Shown in pieces: positions 26,866-35,974 of a DNA stretch of 64,000 bases. The translations under genes and the position numbers were made by a program. The stretch is from IMG/VR virus record IMGVR_UViG_3300034022_000629, positions 1 through 64,000 of that record; one strand, 5' to 3'. Position 1 is the stretch's first letter. The number at the start of each line of letters is the position of its first letter. This stretch comes from a virus. The notes beneath the pieces were generated by a model. That model worked only from the letters and a program-made list of their open reading frames with translations, was not told the origin of the DNA and did no database searches.

Positions 26866-27485
26866 AAATAAGTTTTGCTATAACAGTATCCAAAGAGATA
26901 AACGAAATTAAACATTTAGTTCCATTCTTATTAGAACATAAACGACCTCAAGATGAGATAGTTGTTTTGTTTGATGAAAAAAATGGAGACAAGGAAGTGT
27001 TAGATTTTTTATTGCCTTTTAATATCAAACCTAACGTACAAACCTGGAGAGGTTTTGATTTTGATTATAACTTTGCCGATTGGAAGAATAAATTAAATTC
27101 TTATTGTGTTGGGGATTATATATTTCAATTAGATGCTGATGAGATGGTAAGTGAGTATATGATAAAGAACGTTACTGAAATCATTTCTATGAATAAGGAC
27201 GTTGAGTTATTTTTTCTACCAAGAATAAACATAGTAAGTGGAATAACTCAGGATCATATTAATAGATGGGGATGGATAGTTGATGACTTAGGTAGGATTA
27301 ACTTTCCAGACTTTCAAGGTAGAATATATAAGAAAGGTTTGGAATGGCAGGGAAAAGTTCACGAAAGAATTGTAGGAACGAAGTCCTATTCATTACTACC
27401 ATCAGATGAAGAGTCGTATTGTATTAAACATTACAAAGACATATCTAAACAAGAACAACAAAATAACTTATACAGTAAAATATGA
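26862..27485 (+). CDS. putative GT-A-fold glycosyltransferase
   Basis: FQLDADEMV is DxD-like; gene context. Confidence 0.35.
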   Translation: MKISFAITVSKEINEIKHLVPFLLEHKRPQDEIVVLFDEKNGDKEVLDFLLPFNIKPNVQTWRGFDFDYNFADWKNKLNSYCVGDYIFQLDADEMVSEYMIKNVTEIISMNKDVELFFLPRINIVSGITQDHINRWGWIVDDLGRINFPDFQGRIYKKGLEWQGKVHERIVGTKSYSLLPSDEESYCIKHYKDISKQEQQNNLYSKI

Positions 27486-28030
27486 AACTAGAAGAAATAT
27501 ACAATCAGAGATGTTCAACTCCATCGGATATTAATGAACACTTACCAACATTAAAGAAATACGCCGAGGAGTGTGACCACATTACCGAAATGGGAGTTAG
27601 ATGGGTGGTATCAACTTACGCCTTTATGATGGGGGGACCTAAAAAATTAATATCAATTGACATTAACCCCGTTGAAAAACACGGAATTAAAGTTGAAGAC
27701 TTAGTTGAATTAGCCAAAGAAAAAAATGTTGATTTTGAATTTCAATTAGGTGACACTACTGTAATTGAAATTGATGAAACTGATTTTCTTTTTATTGATA
27801 CTTGGCACGTTTACCAACAATTAAAAACAGAATTAACACTACACGGTAATAAAGCTAGAAAATATATTGGATTCCACGACACCACAATATTTGAAACTAG
27901 AGGGGAAAACGGTCATCCTGGTTTATGGCCCGCAATCGAGGAGTTCTTATCTGAAAACCCTCATTGGTCAGTCCACGAAAGGTTTACAAATAACAACGGA
28001 TTAACTATATTAAAGAGAAATGAAGATTGA
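27482..28030 (+). CDS. putative class I SAM-dependent methyltransferase (TylF/MycF-like)
   Basis: SDINEHLPTLKKYA and ITEMGV resemble macrocin-O-methyltransferase-like proteins. Confidence 0.4.
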   Translation: MKLEEIYNQRCSTPSDINEHLPTLKKYAEECDHITEMGVRWVVSTYAFMMGGPKKLISIDINPVEKHGIKVEDLVELAKEKNVDFEFQLGDTTVIEIDETDFLFIDTWHVYQQLKTELTLHGNKARKYIGFHDTTIFETRGENGHPGLWPAIEEFLSENPHWSVHERFTNNNGLTILKRNED

Positions 28031-28598
28031 ATTTATAATACCGACTTATAATAGGGTACATCACTTAATGACTATTATTAGTTCAATATTTGCTCAAACT
28101 AATCCAAATTGGTATATACACGTTGTTGCCGATTGTCCACCCGAAGGAACATTAGATAAGATAATGGACTTTTACAAGGATAGTGATAAAATAAAATTCA
28201 CAATTTTAGAAAAAAGGTATAACGATTGGGGACATACCCCAAGAAATTACGGATTAAAAAACTCTAAAGAAGAGTGGGTTATTATGACGGGAGAGGATAA
28301 CTACTACGTTCCTACTTTTGTTGGGGAATTTTTAAAAGTTGCAACTCAGAACACCATATTTGTTTATTGTAATATGGTTCATAATTGGGTGAATAAAGAC
28401 TACATTGCAATTAAATCTCAACCAATATTAGGTCACATTGATATTGGTAATTTTATGGTTAAAAAAAGATTAGCTAAAGATATGGAATTGGATGTGACAG
28501 AAGCTAACGCCGATGGTTTGTTTGTTGAGGAATACTTGAGACAATATCCTTTCGGTAAACAAAAGTTTATAGAAAAATTTTTATATGTCCACAACTAA
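28020..28598 (+). CDS. GT2-family glycosyltransferase
   Basis: The N-terminal EFIIPTYNRVHHL motif is typical of GT2. Confidence 0.6.
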   Translation: MKIEFIIPTYNRVHHLMTIISSIFAQTNPNWYIHVVADCPPEGTLDKIMDFYKDSDKIKFTILEKRYNDWGHTPRNYGLKNSKEEWVIMTGEDNYYVPTFVGEFLKVATQNTIFVYCNMVHNWVNKDYIAIKSQPILGHIDIGNFMVKKRLAKDMELDVTEANADGLFVEEYLRQYPFGKQKFIEKFLYVHN

Positions 28599-29349
28599 AA
28601 AGAAATGTGCGGTTTTTACTATTGTAAAAAATGAAAATTACTTCTTACCAATATGGTTAAAACATTATAAGAGGTACTTTGATAATTCAGACATTTATAT
28701 CTTAGACCATCAATCGAATGATGGGTCAACTGAAGGATTAGATGTTAATGTTGACTTAGTTATTAACGAAATGGCATTTGATCATCAATGGTTAGTTAAT
28801 ACCGTAGAAAACTTCCAAGTTAAATTACTTGAGAACTATGAATCGGTTTTATTTGTGGAAATAGATGAGATAATATATACTCTTGACAAACCATTAAATG
28901 AAGTTATAATTGATTTTATTAACGATGATAATTTACTTGTTCAATCTTGTACTAGTAGAGATTTATTACAAATTTTAGAAACAGAAAAGTCTTTAGAAGA
29001 GGGTGATTTAATTATTGAAAATAGAAACTATTGGTTCGAGGATGCAATTTACCATAAAACATTATTATCTAAAGTACCTTTAAAATGGGTGGTTGGATTT
29101 CATTACATAACTAACCATACCACAAACCACACACTTAACCTTAGAATGTGTCACTTACATCGTTTTGATTTTGAATTAATGTGTGAAAGAAATATTCATC
29201 GTATAAATAATACCCAAATTGAGGGTGGTGCAAATGGTTTTCAAAATAAAACAACAGATAAAAATAAATTAATGGATTTCTTTATTATGGAACATAATAA
29301 AAAGGAACTCATTCCTGAAGAACATAAAATAGCTCTAAAACATATATGA
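28585..29349 (+). CDS. putative nucleotide-sugar-dependent transferase (GT-A-like)
   Basis: The N-terminal AVFTIVKNENYFLPIW resembles GT-A-fold DUF-type transferases. Confidence 0.35.
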   Translation: MSTTKKKCAVFTIVKNENYFLPIWLKHYKRYFDNSDIYILDHQSNDGSTEGLDVNVDLVINEMAFDHQWLVNTVENFQVKLLENYESVLFVEIDEIIYTLDKPLNEVIIDFINDDNLLVQSCTSRDLLQILETEKSLEEGDLIIENRNYWFEDAIYHKTLLSKVPLKWVVGFHYITNHTTNHTLNLRMCHLHRFDFELMCERNIHRINNTQIEGGANGFQNKTTDKNKLMDFFIMEHNKKELIPEEHKIALKHI

Positions 29350-29972
29350 ATTTAATTGATAAAAATATCTACAATGAATTTACTTTATTGCCCGAAGATA
29401 CATCTGGTTGGAATGGGAATAGTGAAGTTTTTGTTAAATTAATTACAGAAATTAAACCTAAAACAATTATTGAAGTTGGTTCTTGGAAAGGACAGTCAGC
29501 AATTAATATGGGTAAAACAACTAAGGAATTGGGATTAGGTACCACAATACATTGTGTGGACACTTGGTTAGGTGCAATTGAATTTTGGTCAAGTTTAAAG
29601 GAAACAGAAGAACGTAATTTATTATTACGTCACGGATACCCTCAGATTTATTATCAATTTTTAAGTAATGTAATTCACAATGGTTTACAAGATACTATTT
29701 TACCATTTCCAAATACATCGGAAAATGGATTTAGATATTTTAGAGATATAAAACTGACCGCGGATTTAATTTACATCGACGCCTCTCACGAGGAGGAAGA
29801 TGTTTATAAAGATGTAAATAATTATTTTACCTTATTAAACGCGGGAGGTATAATATTTGGGGATGATTATGTTAGTTGGATTGATGTAAAGAAATCAATT
29901 GACAGATTCGTTAAAGAACAAAATTTAACTTTAGAAGTATTGGAAAATAATTTTTGGGTTATAAAAAAATAA
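29346..29972 (+). CDS. class I SAM-dependent methyltransferase (Methyltransf_24-like)
   Basis: IIEVGSWKGQSAINMG is a GxG SAM-binding motif; YIDASHEEEDV is typical of the family. Confidence 0.5.
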   Translation: MNLIDKNIYNEFTLLPEDTSGWNGNSEVFVKLITEIKPKTIIEVGSWKGQSAINMGKTTKELGLGTTIHCVDTWLGAIEFWSSLKETEERNLLLRHGYPQIYYQFLSNVIHNGLQDTILPFPNTSENGFRYFRDIKLTADLIYIDASHEEEDVYKDVNNYFTLLNAGGIIFGDDYVSWIDVKKSIDRFVKEQNLTLEVLENNFWVIKK

Positions 29973-29976
29973 GATT

Positions 29977-31071
29977 ATGGTATATGATTACTTAATAGTG
30001 GGTTCTGGATTCTTCGGTAGTATCTGTGCACACGAACTTAACAAAACAGGTAAGAAGGTTTTAGTGATTGATTCAAGAAATCATATAGGTGGTAACTGTC
30101 ACACAGAAAATAAAGATGGTATCAATGTTCACACATATGGTCCTCACGTATTTCACACATCAAATGAAGAAGTTTGGAAATGGATTAATCAATTTGTTGA
30201 ATTCAATAACTTCAGACTGAATCCTGTTGCCAATTACAAAGATGAATTGTATTCGTTACCTTTTAATATGTGGACATTTAATAAGTTATGGAATGTTACC
30301 ACACCTGAACAAGCTAAACTTGTTATTGAGAATCAATCTAAAGAGATTGGTGAACCAACTAACTTAGAGGAACAAGCAATTAAATTGGTTGGTAAGGATG
30401 TGTATGAGAAATTGATTAAAGGATATACCACCAAACAATGGAAGAAAGACCCTAAAGAATTACCTAAAGAGATTATAACTAGATTACCTGTTAGATTTAC
30501 ATTTGATGGTAACTACTTCAATGACAAGTATCAAGGTATTCCAATTGGTGGTTACACACAGATATTTGAAAAGTTATTAGATGGTATTGAAGTTAGGTTG
30601 GGTGTTGATTATTTCAAAGATGAATTACCCGAACATACTAAAGTAATATACACTGGTCCTATTGATAGGTTCTTTGATTACAAGTATGGTGAATTAGAAT
30701 ATAAAACAACAAGGTTCGAACATAAACACTTTGACACACCAAACTATCAAGGTACAGCAGTAATGAACTACACTGAAGAAGAGATAGTACATACTAGAAC
30801 TATTGAACATAAACATTTTGAAAGTTCAGACACACCAACAACTTGGGTTTCGTGGGAATATCCTCACACATATAAGGCAGGTGAGACCGAACCATATTAT
30901 CCTGTGAATGATAAATCAAATACTGAGATATATTCAAAGTATAAAGAAGAGGCAAATAAATTAAGTGATAGTGTTTTATTTGGTGGTAGGTTAGCCGAGT
31001 ACAAATATTATGATATGCATCAAGTAATTGCGTCAGCGTTAGATTTTATAAATAAAGAAATTAATAAATGA
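29977..31071 (+). CDS. glf: UDP-galactopyranose mutase
   Basis: N-terminal FAD-binding DYLIVGSGFFGS, followed by NCHT and GPHVFHT; 364 aa, typical of Glf. Confidence 0.8.
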   Translation: MVYDYLIVGSGFFGSICAHELNKTGKKVLVIDSRNHIGGNCHTENKDGINVHTYGPHVFHTSNEEVWKWINQFVEFNNFRLNPVANYKDELYSLPFNMWTFNKLWNVTTPEQAKLVIENQSKEIGEPTNLEEQAIKLVGKDVYEKLIKGYTTKQWKKDPKELPKEIITRLPVRFTFDGNYFNDKYQGIPIGGYTQIFEKLLDGIEVRLGVDYFKDELPEHTKVIYTGPIDRFFDYKYGELEYKTTRFEHKHFDTPNYQGTAVMNYTEEEIVHTRTIEHKHFESSDTPTTWVSWEYPHTYKAGETEPYYPVNDKSNTEIYSKYKEEANKLSDSVLFGGRLAEYKYYDMHQVIASALDFINKEINK

Positions 31072-32177
31072 ATATAACATTTGTATTGGCGGTATTAAAT
31101 AAATTAGATTTAACCAAGGATTGTTATAATCATTTACGTAAGTTATATCCAGAGGTACCGTTAGTTATTAGTAGTGGCGGATCTTTAGATGGTACAAAGG
31201 AATGGTTAGAATCTTTAGATGATGAGTATATGTCATATTTTCACGACGATGAAAGATTGACATTTTCCGATACCTACAATGCTGGAATTAAATTAGTTGA
31301 TACTGAGAAATTAGTGTTGATACATAACGATATGGTTATTGGTGAACAGTTCTTAGAGAACTTAGATAGATTATTAGATGAGAATCCAAATACTTTATTA
31401 TCGTACACCACAATTGAACCTCCAATCTTTAAGGGACACAAAAGACCTGGTAAAGTATTAATGGATATGGGGTCATCGTTTCATAATTTTGACCATACTT
31501 TATTTGAACGATACGTTCAAGACAATAAAGATAAATGTAATATCTACGATGGTGCGGTTTTCTTTATGAGTGGGACCAAGAAAATGTTTGATGATATTGG
31601 CGGGTTTGATGGTTTTAGTTTTGTCCCTTGTTTCTGTGAGGATGATGATTTCTTAATTCGTGCGAAACTAAAAGGCTACGAACTTAAAACTACGGACTGT
31701 GCAATCACCTATCATTTTGTTTCGCAGACATCTAGATTTAGTGACGAGATGAAGACCGATAGGTTTAAAATTGAAGTTTCGTCAAATAGAAACTTTATTA
31801 GGAAGTGGGGTATTCCAATATCATCGTTTAATGAATTAAGATATTGGGAAGATAAGATTTTCAAATATAATACCTTTTCAATTGGTTTGACAACTAGAGA
31901 TAAATCGAAATTAGTACAATTAGAACCTTACTTTGATAAAATCGATTTAGGGGTGATTCCTGAAGATTATATAGAGAATGAACAAAAGAATACACGCTAC
32001 GATTTAAGGTCGAAATTTACCCTTACTGACACCGTTGACGTGATGGTTTATGAAACTGCACCATTCACAGATGAAGACATTTATACTTTGAATAGATTAA
32101 GGTTGTCATTACCTCATTATGAACCTGGACAATACAATATAGGTAATATGTTAATAGAAATAAAAAAGGGACTATAA
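31068..32177 (+). CDS. GT2-family glycosyltransferase
   Basis: The N-terminal FVLAVLNKLDL and the FCEDDDF (DxD-like) motif fit GT2 architecture. Confidence 0.5.
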   Translation: MNITFVLAVLNKLDLTKDCYNHLRKLYPEVPLVISSGGSLDGTKEWLESLDDEYMSYFHDDERLTFSDTYNAGIKLVDTEKLVLIHNDMVIGEQFLENLDRLLDENPNTLLSYTTIEPPIFKGHKRPGKVLMDMGSSFHNFDHTLFERYVQDNKDKCNIYDGAVFFMSGTKKMFDDIGGFDGFSFVPCFCEDDDFLIRAKLKGYELKTTDCAITYHFVSQTSRFSDEMKTDRFKIEVSSNRNFIRKWGIPISSFNELRYWEDKIFKYNTFSIGLTTRDKSKLVQLEPYFDKIDLGVIPEDYIENEQKNTRYDLRSKFTLTDTVDVMVYETAPFTDEDIYTLNRLRLSLPHYEPGQYNIGNMLIEIKKGL

Positions 32178-32184
32178 GTCCCTT
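32166..32184. terminator. bidirectional intrinsic terminator between convergent genes (aagggact-ata-agtccctt with A/T tracts on both sides)
   Basis: Perfect 8-bp stem. It sits exactly between the plus-strand gene ending at 32177 and the minus-strand gene ending at 32190. Confidence 0.55.
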
Positions 32185-32189
32185 TTTTA

Positions 32190-32645
32190 TTATTTCTTAA
32201 TCAACTTAAATAGTACTTGATATTTGTCTTTTGTTTTTCCCGCTTCCTTTAGATCTTCTTTGGTAATTTCAGGATATTCAATTTCAATTTCTTGATTTAA
32301 AAGTACACCATATTCATTATCAAATTCGATGTACTGAGGGTTAACAACTTTACCAGTTACGGTACCTTCATCGTCCTTAACTTCGTTGTACATTTTTACT
32401 AAGACGCCACCATTACCATCTTCTTCTCCATACTTTTTGATTAATTCATCTCTTAATGCTTCAACCTTAGTTCTCTCGCCTTTAAGTTCTGTTGAGAAGT
32501 CACTCAATTCGTATTTCAAAATGATTGAAAGGTTTTGTTTACTGAATCCCTCAAACACCTGTTCTCCAGTTTGTGGTTCGATATACCCGTTAATTTCGCT
32601 TTCTAATTGTAGAACGTCCCCTAATTTTAATGTGATTTTTTCCAT
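32190..32645 (-). CDS. hypothetical acidic protein
   Basis: 151-aa ORF. Confidence 0.4.
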   Translation of the reverse strand: MEKITLKLGDVLQLESEINGYIEPQTGEQVFEGFSKQNLSIILKYELSDFSTELKGERTKVEALRDELIKKYGEEDGNGGVLVKMYNEVKDDEGTVTGKVVNPQYIEFDNEYGVLLNQEIEIEYPEITKEDLKEAGKTKDKYQVLFKLIKK

Positions 32646-32696
32646 ATTTTTTAATTTTCTTTTATAATATATATTTTATTTTTCAAAAAGTGAATC

Positions 32697-33305
32697 TTAT
32701 TTCCACCACCATCCTTTACCGTCAAAAACGGCATAGTCCATTATTAAATTAATTCTATCTGATTGACTTTGGTTTCTAACCTCGTGTTCAACCATATCAT
32801 TCAATTCCCAAACCTCTCCAACCTTAAAGAACTTATCTTCATCCCTAACATTGTAGATAATCTTATCTTCCTCGGAAATCAATGCAACGTGAACTCTATG
32901 ACTAAGGGTGTAAGAACCACCAACGTCTATATGTCTATTAACATTCTTACCTGCAAATAGTTTAACGAACACAGCCCTAGCAAGATAACCTGGACCGTAT
33001 TCTTTTTCCAAGACCTTCATAACAGGTTCCAATAATTCTTCCATATTAAGAAGATCCCAATACTTGTGTTTAGTTCCGTTAAAGTGTCTAAAGTCTTTAT
33101 CATATATTAATTGAATGGCTTGGGTTGCGGAATGGAATCTACTATATGCTTCTTGTCTAAAAGTATCAGCACCCCAATCCTCATCTTCAATTTTACTTAA
33201 GGAATCAATTAATGGTTGTGGGTTAATTGTACCCAAAAATTTAAAATTTTCTCCTATGTTCATAGAATAGTGATTAATGCGTATGTTATCATAAGTGATA
33301 TCCAA
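32697..33305 (-). CDS. cupin-type aspartyl/asparaginyl beta-hydroxylase-like 2OG oxygenase
   Basis: NRHIDVGGS...HRVHVAL...MVEHEV gives an H-x-D...H pattern and the right size for this family. Confidence 0.45.
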   Translation of the reverse strand: MDITYDNIRINHYSMNIGENFKFLGTINPQPLIDSLSKIEDEDWGADTFRQEAYSRFHSATQAIQLIYDKDFRHFNGTKHKYWDLLNMEELLEPVMKVLEKEYGPGYLARAVFVKLFAGKNVNRHIDVGGSYTLSHRVHVALISEEDKIIYNVRDEDKFFKVGEVWELNDMVEHEVRNQSQSDRINLIMDYAVFDGKGWWWK

Positions 33306-34264
33306 ATTATTAATGCTTTAAGATATGTCATAAATCCTGTGTGAAAATACTTTTGACCTATCGGTAAACATTTATGTGAAGGCGATATCAAATACGCGGA
33401 ATATTCCAAAGTGAAAAACAATACAAAATAATGCATACCAAATACACTTGTTAATAAACTAACAATACTTGCATATTTTGCTGAAGACCCTAATAAAAAT
33501 GAAGATAAGAAAGATATCATCGACACTATTAAAATGTATTCTGGTTTGTTATATTGTTTTATATAACCTTCCATAACGCCATAATAAGAACCAACTACGT
33601 TACCTAATATAATCACTAACGCAACAATCCATATTAGTTCCCAATTAATATAATTTATTAACTTAGTCCAACTGTTAGAATAATAGACTAGATAGAGTGT
33701 AAATATTGTAAACGCTCCAAAATAATAATCGGTGAAGCAACTAATAATAATTGTACCTAAGAATGGTAAAACAACATTAGTAATATTCTTCCAATTAATT
33801 GGGTCGTCACTTACTTCGATATCTATTTCATCGTCATCCATAGATAGGATATAATAACTAATATATAATCCTGAAATCAATAACAATGGCCAGATATATG
33901 ACATAAACTGCATATAGGTTAACCCTAACACCGCCATAGGAATAATAACTGTTTTCTCTAATGGTGACCATAGATAGTAATGATGAGTTGCAAGGTAATC
34001 GATGATACCAAACTTCTTACGTTTCTTATTATCAATCGGAGCAATACTATTCAACATAGATGCCGATAGTGCAACACGACCTGGTATGGGTAGAATACCA
34101 CCAAATAGTGATACTAAGAATACTACCATCTTTTTAGATTTAACTTTTTGTTCTAGTAATCTAAAGATATCCATAAGGTATCCTCTTTCTTTGAGGATAC
34201 CTGTTACGAACATTATGAATATTAAGTAGACAAGGAACTCTTGTCCTTTGATTAAAATCTCCAT
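33260..34264 (-). CDS. polytopic membrane protein (about 10 TM)
   Basis: Very hydrophobic throughout. Confidence 0.45.
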   Translation of the reverse strand: MEILIKGQEFLVYLIFIMFVTGILKERGYLMDIFRLLEQKVKSKKMVVFLVSLFGGILPIPGRVALSASMLNSIAPIDNKKRKKFGIIDYLATHHYYLWSPLEKTVIIPMAVLGLTYMQFMSYIWPLLLISGLYISYYILSMDDDEIDIEVSDDPINWKNITNVVLPFLGTIIISCFTDYYFGAFTIFTLYLVYYSNSWTKLINYINWELIWIVALVIILGNVVGSYYGVMEGYIKQYNKPEYILIVSMISFLSSFLLGSSAKYASIVSLLTSVFGMHYFVLFFTLEYSAYLISPSHKCLPIGQKYFHTGFMTYLKALIIWISLMITYALITIL

Positions 34265-35136
34265 CCAAATATAATTGTGGTTCTTGATAATTTTGCGTCT
34301 TGGTTAAGTCCTGGCATATGCTCAATGTTTAAATATGCTTTGTTGTTGAAACGATATTGTACAAGTGGTCCAATATACCATTCTTGAAAACCTCCCTTAT
34401 AATCGTTATATCTAAACATATGTGACACACCTAACGTTAAATCATTGTTGATAATATTACCATATGAAGCGGTGTATGCGTATTCTCTTTCTTGTTCTTC
34501 TTTGGTTCCAGCTAAGTTACCCTCGTAAATTGCATTAAATCCCCAAATACCACTCTTACCAATTCTATCACCTAATAATAATTTTGGTTCGATACCCCAA
34601 CGACCATCTAACATTTTGGTTTCGAAGTATAATGTTGGGTTACCCCACACTTTACCCCAATCGGCAAGAGCGTAACGGAACTCCCAAGAGAATCCTCTCC
34701 ATTTAAATTCCTTGTCACCATTTTCACCATCATAAACTGTGTGAGAATAAAAGTCTAATTGAAGTCTCTTACCTAAACCGAATGTGAATTCATCTCTCAT
34801 TCTAATTTGTGCTGGTCCGTTTCTTCTTTGTCTAATGTCAAACCACTTCTCGTACATTGCGGTACCTGGTGGATTCATTACATAAACTCTAGTGGATGCA
34901 AACATTCTCATTGTCGTCCAAAGTGGTTGACCATAAGGACCTACCTTGGTCATTAAAGGTACCTTCTTTGCTGTAACAACAATTTCTTGTAATTGATTAG
35001 GGACTGTGTCCGTTTGAACTTTTAAGGATTGTTCTGAACCTTTCTGAATTGCACTACTACTGTATTGTCCAAATGACATAGTGGTAGTAAACAATAGTGC
35101 TAACATTAGCGATAGCATTGTGATTGTTTTTCTCAT
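34252..35136 (-). CDS. secreted beta-barrel outer-membrane-protein-like protein
   Basis: Signal peptide ending ...SFGQ. Alternating amphipathic segments and a C-terminal ...FGWRF with an aromatic terminal residue. Confidence 0.4.
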   Translation of the reverse strand: MRKTITMLSLMLALLFTTTMSFGQYSSSAIQKGSEQSLKVQTDTVPNQLQEIVVTAKKVPLMTKVGPYGQPLWTTMRMFASTRVYVMNPPGTAMYEKWFDIRQRRNGPAQIRMRDEFTFGLGKRLQLDFYSHTVYDGENGDKEFKWRGFSWEFRYALADWGKVWGNPTLYFETKMLDGRWGIEPKLLLGDRIGKSGIWGFNAIYEGNLAGTKEEQEREYAYTASYGNIINNDLTLGVSHMFRYNDYKGGFQEWYIGPLVQYRFNNKAYLNIEHMPGLNQDAKLSRTTIIFGWRF

Positions 35137-35200
35137 TTTGTTTTTGTTTAAGAAAAGTTTATTATTGATGTAATATAACTAAAAAAGATGAAAATAAAAA

Positions 35201-35220
35201 GGGGTTTATCTCTAAACCCC
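35201..35220 (-). terminator. intrinsic terminator (ggggttta / taaacccc) followed by a T-run on the minus strand
   Basis: Perfect 8-bp stem with a 4-nt loop. Confidence 0.45.
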
Positions 35221-35226
35221 CTATTT

Positions 35227-35478
35227 TTACTTCTTAAATCCTAATTTTTCCCAAATTATTTTAAATGGACAAACACCTGTTAGTGCGGCCAAAGGTAATA
35301 ATACAGGCGGTAACCAATGTACCCAACTAATGTTATCAAATCCCGCCAAACAATTGGCAATAAATACAACGACTCCTATTGATAGGAACGTCATTCTTGC
35401 TGACGGTGAGGCGTCACCTAACTTAAATAAACTCATACTATATGTTTTAAAATTATTGTTAATGAAATTATTATCCAT
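35227..35478 (-). CDS. DUF2892 (YgaP-like) small membrane protein
   Basis: Two TM helices plus a GVCPF motif. Confidence 0.45.
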   Translation of the reverse strand: MDNNFINNNFKTYSMSLFKLGDASPSARMTFLSIGVVVFIANCLAGFDNISWVHWLPPVLLPLAALTGVCPFKIIWEKLGFKK

Positions 35479-35765
35479 ATTGTGTTAAAAACAATAAGGG
35501 TTGGGAGTGATTTCCTCATACTAGCCCAAATTAAAAGAGATGATGTTAAAAGAGTTAAAAAATGTAACCACCAAATTTCTTTACCAAACACCAAACCTGG
35601 TACAATGATTGCAGCTTTAGCCATCCAAGCCGAACATTCAATTGTGTTGTAGTTTGTCCAATATTCTTTATCGGTGTACATTAAAATTTTATTCCAAATC
35701 TTTTTGTATCCAATTAGTCCAAACAATAGACTAATAAATGTGAAATATGTTAAGATGTATATCAT
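35433..35765 (-). CDS. membrane protein (3-4 TM)
   Basis: Hydrophobic 110-aa ORF. Confidence 0.35.
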   Translation of the reverse strand: MIYILTYFTFISLLFGLIGYKKIWNKILMYTDKEYWTNYNTIECSAWMAKAAIIVPGLVFGKEIWWLHFLTLLTSSLLIWASMRKSLPTLIVFNTIWIIISLTIILKHIV

Positions 35766-35974
35766 TTTATTTTATTTAAAAGTTCTTCTTTAAATTCTTT
35801 CTCAGGTTTTTGAAAGTGCATCCACATTGGTTTTTTACATTGGCAAGTGGATTCAGTTATTCTATTAACCAAATCATTATATTTCTCTTCTAAAAATTGA
35901 ATACGTTCTTTTAATTCTTTAATCTCGTCCATAGAATTTTTTAAGGTATTCATAGTGGTTAGGTAATTGGTCAA
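35762..35974 (-). CDS. small hypothetical protein; the track start overlaps the halogenase 3' end, so the real start is probably an internal ATG
   Basis: 70 aa, coiled-coil-like, with a CQCKKP motif. Confidence 0.3.
   Translation of the reverse strand: MTNYLTTMNTLKNSMDEIKELKERIQFLEEKYNDLVNRITESTCQCKKPMWMHFQKPEKEFKEELLNKIK

Noticed and set aside
22025-32177. Idea that the plus-strand island is a prophage or integrative element inside the phage
   Set aside because: I saw no integrase, direct-repeat att sites or tRNA at the borders. Strand inversion with terminators is better explained as a transcriptional module.
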